Below, piece after piece: positions 47,294 through 57,510 of a DNA stretch of 64,000 bases. The DNA is from a virus (lineage: Duplodnaviria > Caudoviricetes). The DNA lies in IMG/VR virus record IMGVR_UViG_3300042914_002678, one strand, 5' to 3'. The translations under genes and the position numbers were made by a program. Numbering within the stretch: the first letter of the stretch is position 1; each line of letters opens with the position of its first letter. The notes under the pieces were generated by a model. It ran no database searches. It had not been told where the DNA came from and saw only the letters and a program-made list of their open reading frames with translations.

Positions 47294-50200
47294 ATGGCAG
47301 AATTAATCCCAAATGCACTTAATTCAGATCTTCCAAATTATTGGAAAGATCTAAGTGGGATTGATTTTAATGTCAAGATAGACGAAACTTTTTATGGAAA
47401 AACCCAGCATTATTATACAACTGCTTCATATGAACAGTTTAAAATTCTTTCAGAATATGAATGGAATTTAGGTGATCCTTGTGGAGAAGGAACACTTGGA
47501 GAATTAAGTGTAAATTTAAACAACTTTTTTACTTTTTTAAGAGGCATACAGCAATATAGTAGTACTTATATTAGAGGATCAATTAATATGATCCAAAATG
47601 TTGCTGCAGAAATATCCAAAGTATCCGAAGCAATTGCAGCAATTTTAAAAACTTTAATTCAAAGAGTTAGAAACTGGATATTAAATAAAATTAGGGAGTT
47701 AATTGACAAAGCATTAGAGTCTCTTTTAACTCCTAGAACAAGACAAATAAAAGAAGGTCTTTTACAACAAATAATAGAGCAACTTGCATGTTCTTTTGAC
47801 GATATTATTGATGGATTAGTTGATTTTGTTGGAGACTTTTTATATGCATTAGTCGGACAAATCATTCAAACACCATTATGTGCAGTTGAAAATTACTTAA
47901 ATGCAATGTTGAATAGACTTTCATCTGACATTGAAGATTCTATTCAACCATTTTTAAATCAATTAAATGATGTTTTAGGACAAGCTTTAAGTATTGTTGG
48001 ACAAGTAGATAGTATTATTAATAAAATTCTTGGATATGAAGCATTTTTCTGTGCTCGCCCAGAATGTCCAGAGGTAAAAAACTTTAAAGCAAGTATTTGG
48101 GGAGGACCAACTCCTTCTGCAATTGCAAACTTTTCAAAATTTACAGCTTCTCCTACTGGTTTTGTTGATACTGCAACGACAAAAGCAGAAGAATGGTTAG
48201 CAGACTTTTTTGGTCCAGATTCAAACACATCACAATCCCCTGGAGCATGTTATACTGGAACGTTTAAATGTGGATTGCCTCAAGTTGTTATATTTGGTGG
48301 AGGTGGATCAGGAGCAGCTGCAAATGCAGTTGTGAATGCAATTGGAGAAGTTATTGGAGTTAATTTATTAGATGGTGGATCTGGTTATACCTCCCCTCCT
48401 TTTGTTTCTATAGTTGATCCAGGTGGTTGTGGGATTAATGCAAGTGCAACTGCCATATTGTGCCCACCGTCTTCAACATCTAAGTCTTCTGTTGTTAGTG
48501 GATATCGTGGTCCTGGCATTTACTTAAATTTAATAAGTGCTAAATCTTCAACAGTTGTTACTGGATGGAATGGTGCAGGAATTTATTTAGATTTAACTTC
48601 TGCAACTCCAATTGATTCTGTAGGAACAGTTGTTGTAACATTTACTTTGACCAAATCAGCATTATTTGTATATTCAGTTAGTATTCCTGGAACTACAATT
48701 AGTGGAGCTAAAATTCCACCTCTCCCATATCCCTCAGCAGATAATGTTCCAGTGCAAATATCTATGAATTTAAAAGCTGGTGAAATTTATGGACCAATTG
48801 TTAAAACAGGTGATCCTGGAACATTGTATGTTGGGGATCAAGTTGTTGCTGGAGTTATCAATAGTGGATCATTAACGAACACAAGCATTGTGGTTGAGAC
48901 AGGTGGTGACGATTGGAATGATTATGTTATTTCAACAAACGGAGGGTTTTTTGCCTCATACTCTACGCCACCTCCAGCACCAACAACAACTACTACAAGC
49001 ACTGCTCCAATAAATGTTATATTTACTACAACTGGAAGTGAAGTCGGATATTCTGTAGATTTACCAATTTCAAAAACAACGAAGCAAACTTTGACTGGTC
49101 CTGGATTTCCTGGAAACCGGATACAAAGATCAGTTAGTTTAGTTCCTGGAAAAATTTATGGACCTCTTTCAATATCTTCTGGATCTGGAAAATTATACGT
49201 CGGAAATGAAAAAGTTGCTAAAATATCATCCAGTGGATCTTTATCTAACACATCTGTAGTTATTGAAAAAGGTGGTGATGATTGGGATGATTATATTCTT
49301 TCCACCAATCATGGATTTTTTGAGACCTATAATACTTCTCCAAATTCAAAGAAAAAGGCAAAATCATCAAAGAGAAAAAGATCAGTTTGTAGTATTGGTT
49401 TAAACAATCCTGGAAGTAATTATAGTAATTCCTCATCTAATGGATCCCCAGTAATTCAAGTTTTTACTGGATCTCCAAATCCAGTTGATACAAATAATAC
49501 AATTACCTTATCTTGGTCCATACTAAATGCTACGTCTGCTTCTTTAAATGTACCAGGATTTAATAATATTCCATTAGTTGGAAATGCAAGCATTCTTGTA
49601 AACCCTACATTTCCAGTAGGAAAAGATCAAACAACAATTACATATACTATAACCGCTACTAATAATCAACCAAGTTCAACTCCTTATACAGTTACAAAAG
49701 ATTTTATTCTTACTGTTAACAAACCTTTTGCGGCTAGTGGATTTAAAAACGTACCTCCAGTATTAAATACAAATACACCAACTATAGATAGATTTGATGC
49801 AAATCCAACAAAACTTTCTGTTGGGCAAGTTGTAAACATAACCTGGGAAACCACTGATGCTAAATTTGCTTCATTATCTGCAACAGGATTTAAAGCTCCT
49901 TTGGTAGGATATTCTTCTATTCCGGAAGACGGAACATTGAGTTTTGTTATGCCTTCAGATATTCCATTTCCTGCTGGAGGAGATGCTACCATTGAATATG
50001 AATTAATTGCAACTAATCCAGATGCTTCAGGTGCTAAAACAGATACTGATAAGATTTCTATAACAGTTAGCCCCACACCAGCACCTCCCGGACCAGCAGC
50101 GCCAGGTCCAGGACCAGCAGCACCAGCTCCAGGTCCAGTTCCTCCTATCGCAAATCCCTTTGTTTGTACTCCAAGTGCAACAATTGTTAATGAAGGTGAT

Positions 50201-51175
50201 ACTGTGAATTTTACAGTTACTAATACTGATCCCGCAGACAATGGAACTTTTTATTATGAAATAATTTCTATATCTGGATCAGTAACTGACTCAGATTTTA
50301 GTGATAATACTTTAACAGGATCATTTACAATTGCGGGAAATAGAGGAACTATAAGTAAAACTATTTCCAATGACTTGCTTACTGAAGGAGTAGAACAATT
50401 TAACTTACTCATAAAAAGAGATCCATTACTATCTGCATTTGTTGCAACTAGTGGAGGAATAATAATAAATGATACATCTTCTACTCCTATTGCTCCAGGA
50501 GCTTTATCTAAGTTTACATGTACTCCAAGTACAAGACTTGCCAATGAGGGAGATACGATAGATTTTGATGTAACTACAACAGATCCAGCAGATAATGGTA
50601 TATTTTATTATCAAATAATACCTTTGGCAGGATCTGTTACTGCCTCCGATTTTACTGACCTTATTTTAAGTGGATCATTTACAATTACAAGCAATAAAGG
50701 AACTATAAGTAAAACTATTTCCAATGATGCTTTAACAGAGGGAACGGAAGAATTCCAATTAGTTATAAAAAGAGATTTAAAAGATTCTTTCTATCAAGCA
50801 ACAAGTGGTTCAATAACTATAAAGGATACCTCCCTCAGTCCTCCTGGAACGCCAGCAATAGCTGTAATTGGTTCAGTTCTCGTAATTGCTCCTGGAAGCG
50901 GATATCCAGCAGGAACAACAATAACTGCCCCTGGGGGCGCAATTTTGAAACCAATAATCACTCCATCTGGTTCTATTGGCGGAGTTACTGTAGTAAATCC
51001 AGGATATGGATTTACAAGAATACCAGAATTGCAAATAAATAGTAGAGAAGGTTTAGGTGCTAAATTGCGAGTAAATTTGGAATTTATTCCATTAGATCAA
51101 TTTTTACGTGATAAAAATTTAGAATCAGTTGATCCATCTAAACTTGTACGAATTATAGATTGCGTTTCCAGATAA
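47294..51175 (+). CDS. Large baseplate-associated protein with two Calx-beta-like repeats
   Basis: Twin ..NEGDT..F.VT....G...Y.....GSV..SDF...SGSFTI...G.I...ND..TEG.E.F domains. Confidence 0.7.
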   Translation: MAELIPNALNSDLPNYWKDLSGIDFNVKIDETFYGKTQHYYTTASYEQFKILSEYEWNLGDPCGEGTLGELSVNLNNFFTFLRGIQQYSSTYIRGSINMIQNVAAEISKVSEAIAAILKTLIQRVRNWILNKIRELIDKALESLLTPRTRQIKEGLLQQIIEQLACSFDDIIDGLVDFVGDFLYALVGQIIQTPLCAVENYLNAMLNRLSSDIEDSIQPFLNQLNDVLGQALSIVGQVDSIINKILGYEAFFCARPECPEVKNFKASIWGGPTPSAIANFSKFTASPTGFVDTATTKAEEWLADFFGPDSNTSQSPGACYTGTFKCGLPQVVIFGGGGSGAAANAVVNAIGEVIGVNLLDGGSGYTSPPFVSIVDPGGCGINASATAILCPPSSTSKSSVVSGYRGPGIYLNLISAKSSTVVTGWNGAGIYLDLTSATPIDSVGTVVVTFTLTKSALFVYSVSIPGTTISGAKIPPLPYPSADNVPVQISMNLKAGEIYGPIVKTGDPGTLYVGDQVVAGVINSGSLTNTSIVVETGGDDWNDYVISTNGGFFASYSTPPPAPTTTTTSTAPINVIFTTTGSEVGYSVDLPISKTTKQTLTGPGFPGNRIQRSVSLVPGKIYGPLSISSGSGKLYVGNEKVAKISSSGSLSNTSVVIEKGGDDWDDYILSTNHGFFETYNTSPNSKKKAKSSKRKRSVCSIGLNNPGSNYSNSSSNGSPVIQVFTGSPNPVDTNNTITLSWSILNATSASLNVPGFNNIPLVGNASILVNPTFPVGKDQTTITYTITATNNQPSSTPYTVTKDFILTVNKPFAASGFKNVPPVLNTNTPTIDRFDANPTKLSVGQVVNITWETTDAKFASLSATGFKAPLVGYSSIPEDGTLSFVMPSDIPFPAGGDATIEYELIATNPDASGAKTDTDKISITVSPTPAPPGPAAPGPGPAAPAPGPVPPIANPFVCTPSATIVNEGDTVNFTVTNTDPADNGTFYYEIISISGSVTDSDFSDNTLTGSFTIAGNRGTISKTISNDLLTEGVEQFNLLIKRDPLLSAFVATSGGIIINDTSSTPIAPGALSKFTCTPSTRLANEGDTIDFDVTTTDPADNGIFYYQIIPLAGSVTASDFTDLILSGSFTITSNKGTISKTISNDALTEGTEEFQLVIKRDLKDSFYQATSGSITIKDTSLSPPGTPAIAVIGSVLVIAPGSGYPAGTTITAPGGAILKPIITPSGSIGGVTVVNPGYGFTRIPELQINSREGLGAKLRVNLEFIPLDQFLRDKNLESVDPSKLVRIIDCVSR

Positions 51176-51759
51176 TGCCACAGTCAGCCCCAGACTATAC
51201 TATTGCAAATAACTCGCATTGTTTTATGCATTGTGGGCCCATTGGACCAGAATCAATCGACGATGGTAGAGATTTAACAATCATCACCTCTGCTGATTCT
51301 CAAGTGGTGTATGGTAAAAGTGGAAATAAAGTTGAACATATAATGCGTAGTAATTATGAGACTTGTGGACATCAAACAGATCCTGAAGAAAATGGTGGAA
51401 TAGCACGATCTATTTGTGCAAAAAATGGAGATATTGCATTAATTGCCGAAAACGGAAGCATTAGATTAAAAGCAAAAAATATTTACATAGAGACAAGCGG
51501 CCCGTCTGGATCTGGTAATATTTTAGCTTCTGCAAATGGTCAAATAATACTTGCCACTGGTGATCAAATAAAATTAGCTGGAGGTAAAAATGTTTGCATT
51601 CATGGTGAAGGTGGAGTCACAATATCGTCACCAGCTTTTATAAAAAATGCAGGTAAAGTGATTGACGGTGGAGTTGCTTCTACTGGAAGTTTAATTTCTA
51701 GTGTCCTTGCTGGAAATTGGGGATCAATATTGCAAGGACTATCTAATTCATGTAAGTAA
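51175..51759 (+). CDS. gp5 beta-helix-like spike-associated protein
   Basis: TAATG coupling with the previous gene; short beta-strand repeats (NGDIALIAENGSIRLKAKNI). Confidence 0.55.
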   Translation: MPQSAPDYTIANNSHCFMHCGPIGPESIDDGRDLTIITSADSQVVYGKSGNKVEHIMRSNYETCGHQTDPEENGGIARSICAKNGDIALIAENGSIRLKAKNIYIETSGPSGSGNILASANGQIILATGDQIKLAGGKNVCIHGEGGVTISSPAFIKNAGKVIDGGVASTGSLISSVLAGNWGSILQGLSNSCK

Positions 51760-51770
51760 GGAGAAATTAT

Positions 51771-52667
51771 ATGGCATCTTCAGATGGAGCAGGCGCAGGT
51801 TTACTAGACGTTATTCACGGATTATTTGGTACTTCCTTAGAATTACCTCAAGTTTTTAGGCAACCAGGAACTGCAAGTATATACCAAGCATATTTTGGCA
51901 TGGGACATACTGGAATGGATTTTTCATCTGTTACTATTAAACCAGGTCCTACGGCTCCAGTTAGTTTGACAGTATATGGAATATCAGATACTTTTGGATT
52001 TCATAATGTAAAAGGTGCAGTTGTTCATGATGGAACTACTTTGTGTGATGGTGTTTCATTTAAATCAATATGCACAGATAATTCTTTTCTTGGAGCTTCA
52101 TTTTCAGTAACTTCTGGTGGAGATAATTCAATCACAGCAGCTGGATCGAATGAAATTACTGCTCCAGCAACTACCATTAATAGTGAAATAACCACAATTA
52201 GTGGATTTGTTTTTATTGACGGAATTGGTGCAGATTTAGCAACTGCTATCAATAGTAAAAAAGGATTTGATATTCCTCACCCAAATAAACCTAATCATAG
52301 ATTGAGACACATTTGTGTAGAAGGTCCAGAATCTGCAATTTATATAAGAGGAAAATTACAAGGAAAAAATGTTATTGAATTGCCAGACTACTGGGAAGGT
52401 TTAATTGATCCAGAAACTATCAGCGTTAATTTGACACAAATTGGGCATAGTCAAGATTTAATTGTAGAATCAATTGAATGGGGAAAAAGAATAAGAATTA
52501 AATCTGGAAATGGAACTGCCATTAATTGTTATTATCAAGTTTGGGCAGATCGTTTAGGTGAAAAATTAATTGTTGAATATGAAGGGAAAACTCCCAATGA
52601 TTACCCAGGAGATAATAGCGAATACTCTCTTGCAGGATGGAACTACGACAGGAGAAACAATAAATGA
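51771..52667 (+). CDS. Spike/fibre-associated protein with a conserved C-terminal domain
   Basis: KGFDIPHPNK...LRHICVEGPE...IELPDYW. Confidence 0.65.
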   Translation: MASSDGAGAGLLDVIHGLFGTSLELPQVFRQPGTASIYQAYFGMGHTGMDFSSVTIKPGPTAPVSLTVYGISDTFGFHNVKGAVVHDGTTLCDGVSFKSICTDNSFLGASFSVTSGGDNSITAAGSNEITAPATTINSEITTISGFVFIDGIGADLATAINSKKGFDIPHPNKPNHRLRHICVEGPESAIYIRGKLQGKNVIELPDYWEGLIDPETISVNLTQIGHSQDLIVESIEWGKRIRIKSGNGTAINCYYQVWADRLGEKLIVEYEGKTPNDYPGDNSEYSLAGWNYDRRNNK

Positions 52668-55600
52668 CCAGAATTAGAATCTATTATACAGATAGACCAC
52701 CTGAGGAAATTAATGACTTAGAAGTCAACACAATTAGTGTTGGTGGTACTATTAGTATTGGTGGAACTTCTATTACTGGTGTTGGCGGATCTGTTGGTAT
52801 TGGATCTACTCTTCCACGTTATAATTTAGATGTTGGTGGAGACATTAATTTTTCTGGTAGTCTTTATCAAAATGGCACTCTTTTCTCTGGTGGTGGAGGA
52901 GGTGGTGGTTTACAGGTGTCTCAAGGACTTCAAGGATCTTTAAGTAATTTTCAAGGAACTCAAGGACCTTTAAGTAATTTTCAAGGAACACAAGGACTCC
53001 AAGGAGCACAAGGACGCCAAGGATCTCAAGGGGCACAGAGTCTTCAAGGATCTTTAAGTAATTTTCAAGGAACTCAAGGTACTCAAGGACTTCAAGGAAA
53101 TCAAGGACTTCAAGGAAATCAAGGACTTCAGGGTCTTCAAGGATCTTTAAGTAATTTTCAAGGTACTCAAGGTCTTCAAGGGAACCAAGGATTACAGGGA
53201 ACCCAAGGTCTTCAAGGTAATCAAGGTCTTCAAGGTAATCAAGGTCTTCAAGGTAATCAAGGTCTTCAAGGTAATCAAGGACTTCAAGGGAACCAAGGAT
53301 TACAGGGAACTCAAGGTCGTCAAGGACTTCAAGGAAATCAAGGACTTCAAGGAAATCAAGGACTTCAAGGAAATCAAGGACTTCAAGGAAATCAAGGACT
53401 TCAGGGTCTTCAAGGATCTTTAAGTAATTTTCAAGGTACTCAAGGGGCACAGGGTCTTCAAGGATCTTTAAGTAATTTTCAAGGTACTCAAGGGGCACAA
53501 GGAACCCAAGGTCTTCAAGGGGCACAAGGTACTCAAGGTCTTCAAGGTAATCAAGGTCTTCAAGGACATCAAGGAACCCAAGGTCTTCAAGGTAATCAAG
53601 GTCTTCAAGGTAATCAAGGTCTTCAAGGACATCAAGGAACCCAAGGTCTTCAAGGCAATCAAGGTCTTCAAGGAGATCAAGGAACTCAAGGTAATCAAGG
53701 TCTTCAAGGACATCAAGGAACTCAAGGTCTTCAGGGAAACCAAGGATTGCAGGGAGATCAAGGCACTCAAGGAACACAAGGTCTTCAGGGAGATCAAGGT
53801 ACTCAAGGAACCCAAGGTCTTCAAGGACATCAAGGTCTTCAAGGTAATCAAGGTCTTCAAGGACATCAAGGAACCCAAGGTCTTCAAGGTAATCAAGGTA
53901 CTCAAGGATTGCAAGGAAATCAGGGTCTTCAGGGGAACCAAGGATTACAAGGAAATCAGGGTCTTCAGGGGAACCAAGGATTACAAGGAAATCAAGGATT
54001 ACAAGGACATCAAGGTACTCAAGGATTACAAGGAAATCAGGGTCTTCAGGGTGATCAAGGAACTCAGGGAACACAAGGTCTTCAGGGTGATCAAGGTACT
54101 CAAGGTCTTCAAGGTAATCAAGGTCTTCAAGGACTTCAAGGTAATCAAGGTCTTCAAGGTAATCAAGGTCTTCAAGGTTTAAGTAATCAAGGAACACAAG
54201 GTCTTCAAGGTACTCAAGGACTTCAAGGTACTCAAGGTCTTCAAGGTAATCAAGGTCTTCAAGGTTTAAGTAATCAAGGAACACAAGGTCTTCAAGGTAC
54301 TCAAGGACTTCAAGGTACTCAAGGTCTTCAAGGCACTCAAGGTCTTCAAGGTTTAAGTAATCAAGGAACCCAAGGTCTTCAAGGCACTCAAGGTCTTCAA
54401 GGTACTCAAGGTCTTCAAGGTTTAAGTAATCAAGGAACACAAGGTCTCCAAGGACTTCAAGGTGATCAAGGCACTCAAGGTCTTCAAGGCACTCAAGGTC
54501 TTCAAGGTACTCAAGGACTTCAAGGTACTCAAGGTCTTCAAGGCACTCAAGGTCTTCAAGGCACTCAAGGTCTTCAAGGCACTCAAGGTCTTCAAGGTAC
54601 TCAAGGACTTCAAGGTACTCAAGGTCTTCAAGGTAATCAAGGTAATCAAGGTCTTCAAGGTAATCAAGGTCTTCAAGGACATCAAGGAACCCAAGGTCTT
54701 CAGGGGAACCAAGGATTACAGGGACAACAAGGAACTCAGGGAGCAGGATTCGATAAAATTTTTAATGACCTTACAAGTAATGAAATAAAATATGTTGGAT
54801 TTTTAACACAAAGTAGTGGATCTATATCAACAATATTCACTTCTTCGGAAAAATTAACATTCATACCTTCATCTGGTAGTCTTGGAGTAGGAACTTCTAG
54901 TCCATATTCAAACACTTCATTAACTGTTGTTGGAACTGCAACTGCTACAAATTATCTTGGTGATGGATCTGGATTAGTTGGAATTGTAACTCAATTAGTT
55001 TCTGGAATAGGCATTGATCTTAATCCAACTAATGGTAAAGGTAAAGTATCAATAACCTCTTATAAACCAATTGGAAAAACCATTTATGTTTCTCAAACTG
55101 GAAATGATAGTAACACTGGACTAGCAGAAAATCATCCAAAAAGAACGATTAAAAATGCAGCAGGAATTGCAAGTTCTGGCGATACGATTAAAGTTTTTCC
55201 AGGTGTATATGTTGAAGATAATCCAGTAATCTTACAAAAAACAGTTTCTGTTGAAGGAACAGAACTTAGAAATTGTATGATTACTCCACAAAATTCTGGA
55301 TTAGATTTGTTCTATGTTAATAATGGTTGTCATTTAACAGATTTAAGTTTTGTTGGTCCAGAATCAACTAATGGTGCGGCAATTGTTGCTTTCCAACCGT
55401 TGGCAGGAGTTTCTTCTGATAGATTTTTTGACGGCGCAAGAATGATTCGTATGAATCTAGATTTCATTGCTTCCGAAGCAGTTGGATATTTAACAAGTAC
55501 AAATTATAAAAATCCAGCGTTTGTTGTCCCAACAGGAAATCCAAATGATTGTAAAGATGATGTAAAAGATGTGTTCAGAGCAGTCTGTCATGACATTACA

Positions 55601-57151
55601 AGAGGTGGAAATTCAAAATGTGTTGGTGCTGGAAAGTCTTATTATAATGGTGCAACTCTTCTTCATATTACTGGAACAGATACGAATGGTTATAGTGTTA
55701 AAGACGCAACAATTGATACTTTAAAATATGCGATTGGAATTGCCTTCTCGTGTATTAATAATGTTTTATGGACTGGAAATCATCAAAGTGTGAATACTCA
55801 AATAAGAGATTTAAGTATTCAATCTGATGGAGCAACAAATTATAATTTATTAAATTGTTCTAATGTTCTTTCTGCAGTCCATACTTGTGTCGGTGTTGTC
55901 ACTACGATTATCAGAGATGGATTATCTGGTTCTGGAATTAATACAACATATCCGTCAGATTATGACGGTCAAACTGGAAATAATTGGTCCTTAAGTAAAA
56001 TTGGATTGACAACTTACTCTCCTGGGGTTGGAAATATCACACAAGGCCCTTATGTAAGAAACTGTACAAACTTTATACCAAATAGTATTGGACTGAAAGT
56101 TGACGGATTTCACGCAGAACCTGGAGATTTGGATGATTTTGGTGTCACAGGATCCATGTCCGTTGACTCTTATACTCAATATAATCAGGGTGGAATTGGC
56201 GTTTCAATTACAAACGGCGCTTATGCTCAGTTAGTTTCAATTTTCACGATATGTAATGATATAGGGCACTGGACTTCTGGTGGTGGACAATGTGATATTA
56301 CAAACTCAAATTGTTCTTTTGGAAATAAAGGTTTAGTTTCTAATGGAGTCGGTGATGCAGAATCTAGATCAATTTATCGTTATACTGGAAATGTAGTAAA
56401 TGAAGTAATATTTGATAGTGATAATTCAGATACGGTTGTAATTTCTGGGGTTGGAAATAATCGTCCGTATGATGGTCAGGCAATATATTTTGATAAACTA
56501 TATTATCAGGTTCAATCAATTCAAGTTACAAATAATGGTTCTGGATATTCGCCAACAAATCCCCCAACCATTGTATTTTCAAATCCGACAGGAGAAAATG
56601 GACTTACTGCAGAAGCTTCTGTGAATGTTTCTAATAATGGAACGATTATTTCAATAGACGTTAATAATACTGGTTCCCAATATCTAATGAATCCAGGATA
56701 CTCCATTAATCATAATGGTGGAGTTGGTCTCGCATTTACAACAACTCTATACCCAATTTTTTATGGAATAGAAAGTGCTTCATTGCCAGTGTCTGGAATT
56801 TCTACTGTAGTTTTACAACAGAATCTAAATAATACAGTCAGTACTGGAACTACTGTTTATTTTTCAAGATTAAGTTTACAACTTGCAACTACAATTTCTT
56901 TAGAGTGGGTTGGTAGCGGAATTGATATTAATACTGCAAAACCTTCTTTAGGTGGTGTTACAATTCCAGAAAATGAATTTGTAATGTTAGATGGTGGTAA
57001 AATTATATTTACTGGTACAAATCAATCTGGAAACTTTAGAATCGGACCAGACGTAACTATAAATCAGCTTACGGGAACAATCAGTGGAAGAGCGTTCAAT
57101 CAAAGTTTGTTAAATACAGTAACACCTTTAATTATTGCATTAGGAATATAA
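52664..57151 (+). CDS. Collagen-like fibre with a C-terminal pectin-lyase-like beta-helix, 1495 aa
   Basis: GxQ tract about 52920-54740; TIYVSQTGNDSNTG..PKRTIKNA...GDTIKV.PGVY.E. Confidence 0.82.
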   Translation: MTRIRIYYTDRPPEEINDLEVNTISVGGTISIGGTSITGVGGSVGIGSTLPRYNLDVGGDINFSGSLYQNGTLFSGGGGGGGLQVSQGLQGSLSNFQGTQGPLSNFQGTQGLQGAQGRQGSQGAQSLQGSLSNFQGTQGTQGLQGNQGLQGNQGLQGLQGSLSNFQGTQGLQGNQGLQGTQGLQGNQGLQGNQGLQGNQGLQGNQGLQGNQGLQGTQGRQGLQGNQGLQGNQGLQGNQGLQGNQGLQGLQGSLSNFQGTQGAQGLQGSLSNFQGTQGAQGTQGLQGAQGTQGLQGNQGLQGHQGTQGLQGNQGLQGNQGLQGHQGTQGLQGNQGLQGDQGTQGNQGLQGHQGTQGLQGNQGLQGDQGTQGTQGLQGDQGTQGTQGLQGHQGLQGNQGLQGHQGTQGLQGNQGTQGLQGNQGLQGNQGLQGNQGLQGNQGLQGNQGLQGHQGTQGLQGNQGLQGDQGTQGTQGLQGDQGTQGLQGNQGLQGLQGNQGLQGNQGLQGLSNQGTQGLQGTQGLQGTQGLQGNQGLQGLSNQGTQGLQGTQGLQGTQGLQGTQGLQGLSNQGTQGLQGTQGLQGTQGLQGLSNQGTQGLQGLQGDQGTQGLQGTQGLQGTQGLQGTQGLQGTQGLQGTQGLQGTQGLQGTQGLQGTQGLQGNQGNQGLQGNQGLQGHQGTQGLQGNQGLQGQQGTQGAGFDKIFNDLTSNEIKYVGFLTQSSGSISTIFTSSEKLTFIPSSGSLGVGTSSPYSNTSLTVVGTATATNYLGDGSGLVGIVTQLVSGIGIDLNPTNGKGKVSITSYKPIGKTIYVSQTGNDSNTGLAENHPKRTIKNAAGIASSGDTIKVFPGVYVEDNPVILQKTVSVEGTELRNCMITPQNSGLDLFYVNNGCHLTDLSFVGPESTNGAAIVAFQPLAGVSSDRFFDGARMIRMNLDFIASEAVGYLTSTNYKNPAFVVPTGNPNDCKDDVKDVFRAVCHDITRGGNSKCVGAGKSYYNGATLLHITGTDTNGYSVKDATIDTLKYAIGIAFSCINNVLWTGNHQSVNTQIRDLSIQSDGATNYNLLNCSNVLSAVHTCVGVVTTIIRDGLSGSGINTTYPSDYDGQTGNNWSLSKIGLTTYSPGVGNITQGPYVRNCTNFIPNSIGLKVDGFHAEPGDLDDFGVTGSMSVDSYTQYNQGGIGVSITNGAYAQLVSIFTICNDIGHWTSGGGQCDITNSNCSFGNKGLVSNGVGDAESRSIYRYTGNVVNEVIFDSDNSDTVVISGVGNNRPYDGQAIYFDKLYYQVQSIQVTNNGSGYSPTNPPTIVFSNPTGENGLTAEASVNVSNNGTIISIDVNNTGSQYLMNPGYSINHNGGVGLAFTTTLYPIFYGIESASLPVSGISTVVLQQNLNNTVSTGTTVYFSRLSLQLATTISLEWVGSGIDINTAKPSLGGVTIPENEFVMLDGGKIIFTGTNQSGNFRIGPDVTINQLTGTISGRAFNQSLLNTVTPLIIALGI

Positions 57152-57152
57152 A

Positions 57153-57500
57153 ATGGCAGTAGTTGCACTTAATAAATTTAGAACAATAAGATATAATTTA
57201 ACAACCGCAAATGTTGGAATATATACATGTCCCGCTGGAGTAGCATCGATTATTATTTTATCTCAAGTATCAAATACTTCTTCGGGTATTGTATCAGTAA
57301 CTGCATATCATTCTAGAACTTCAGAGTCTCCAAGTGATACTAGTTTAAGTGCTCAGGTTCCAATACCACCAAAAGACGGTTATAATATAGTTTCTGACGG
57401 CAGACTTGTTTTAGAAACTAATGATATTTTCAAAGTTCAAGCGAGTGAAAATAACGCCTTAACTTTAGTATTAAGTGTTTTAGAAACTGCAAAACAGTGA
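57153..57500 (+). CDS. ~115-aa adapter-like virion protein
   Basis: Follows a fibre gene; same layout as 14895. Confidence 0.75.
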   Translation: MAVVALNKFRTIRYNLTTANVGIYTCPAGVASIIILSQVSNTSSGIVSVTAYHSRTSESPSDTSLSAQVPIPPKDGYNIVSDGRLVLETNDIFKVQASENNALTLVLSVLETAKQ

Positions 57501-57510
57501 TAAAGATAAA

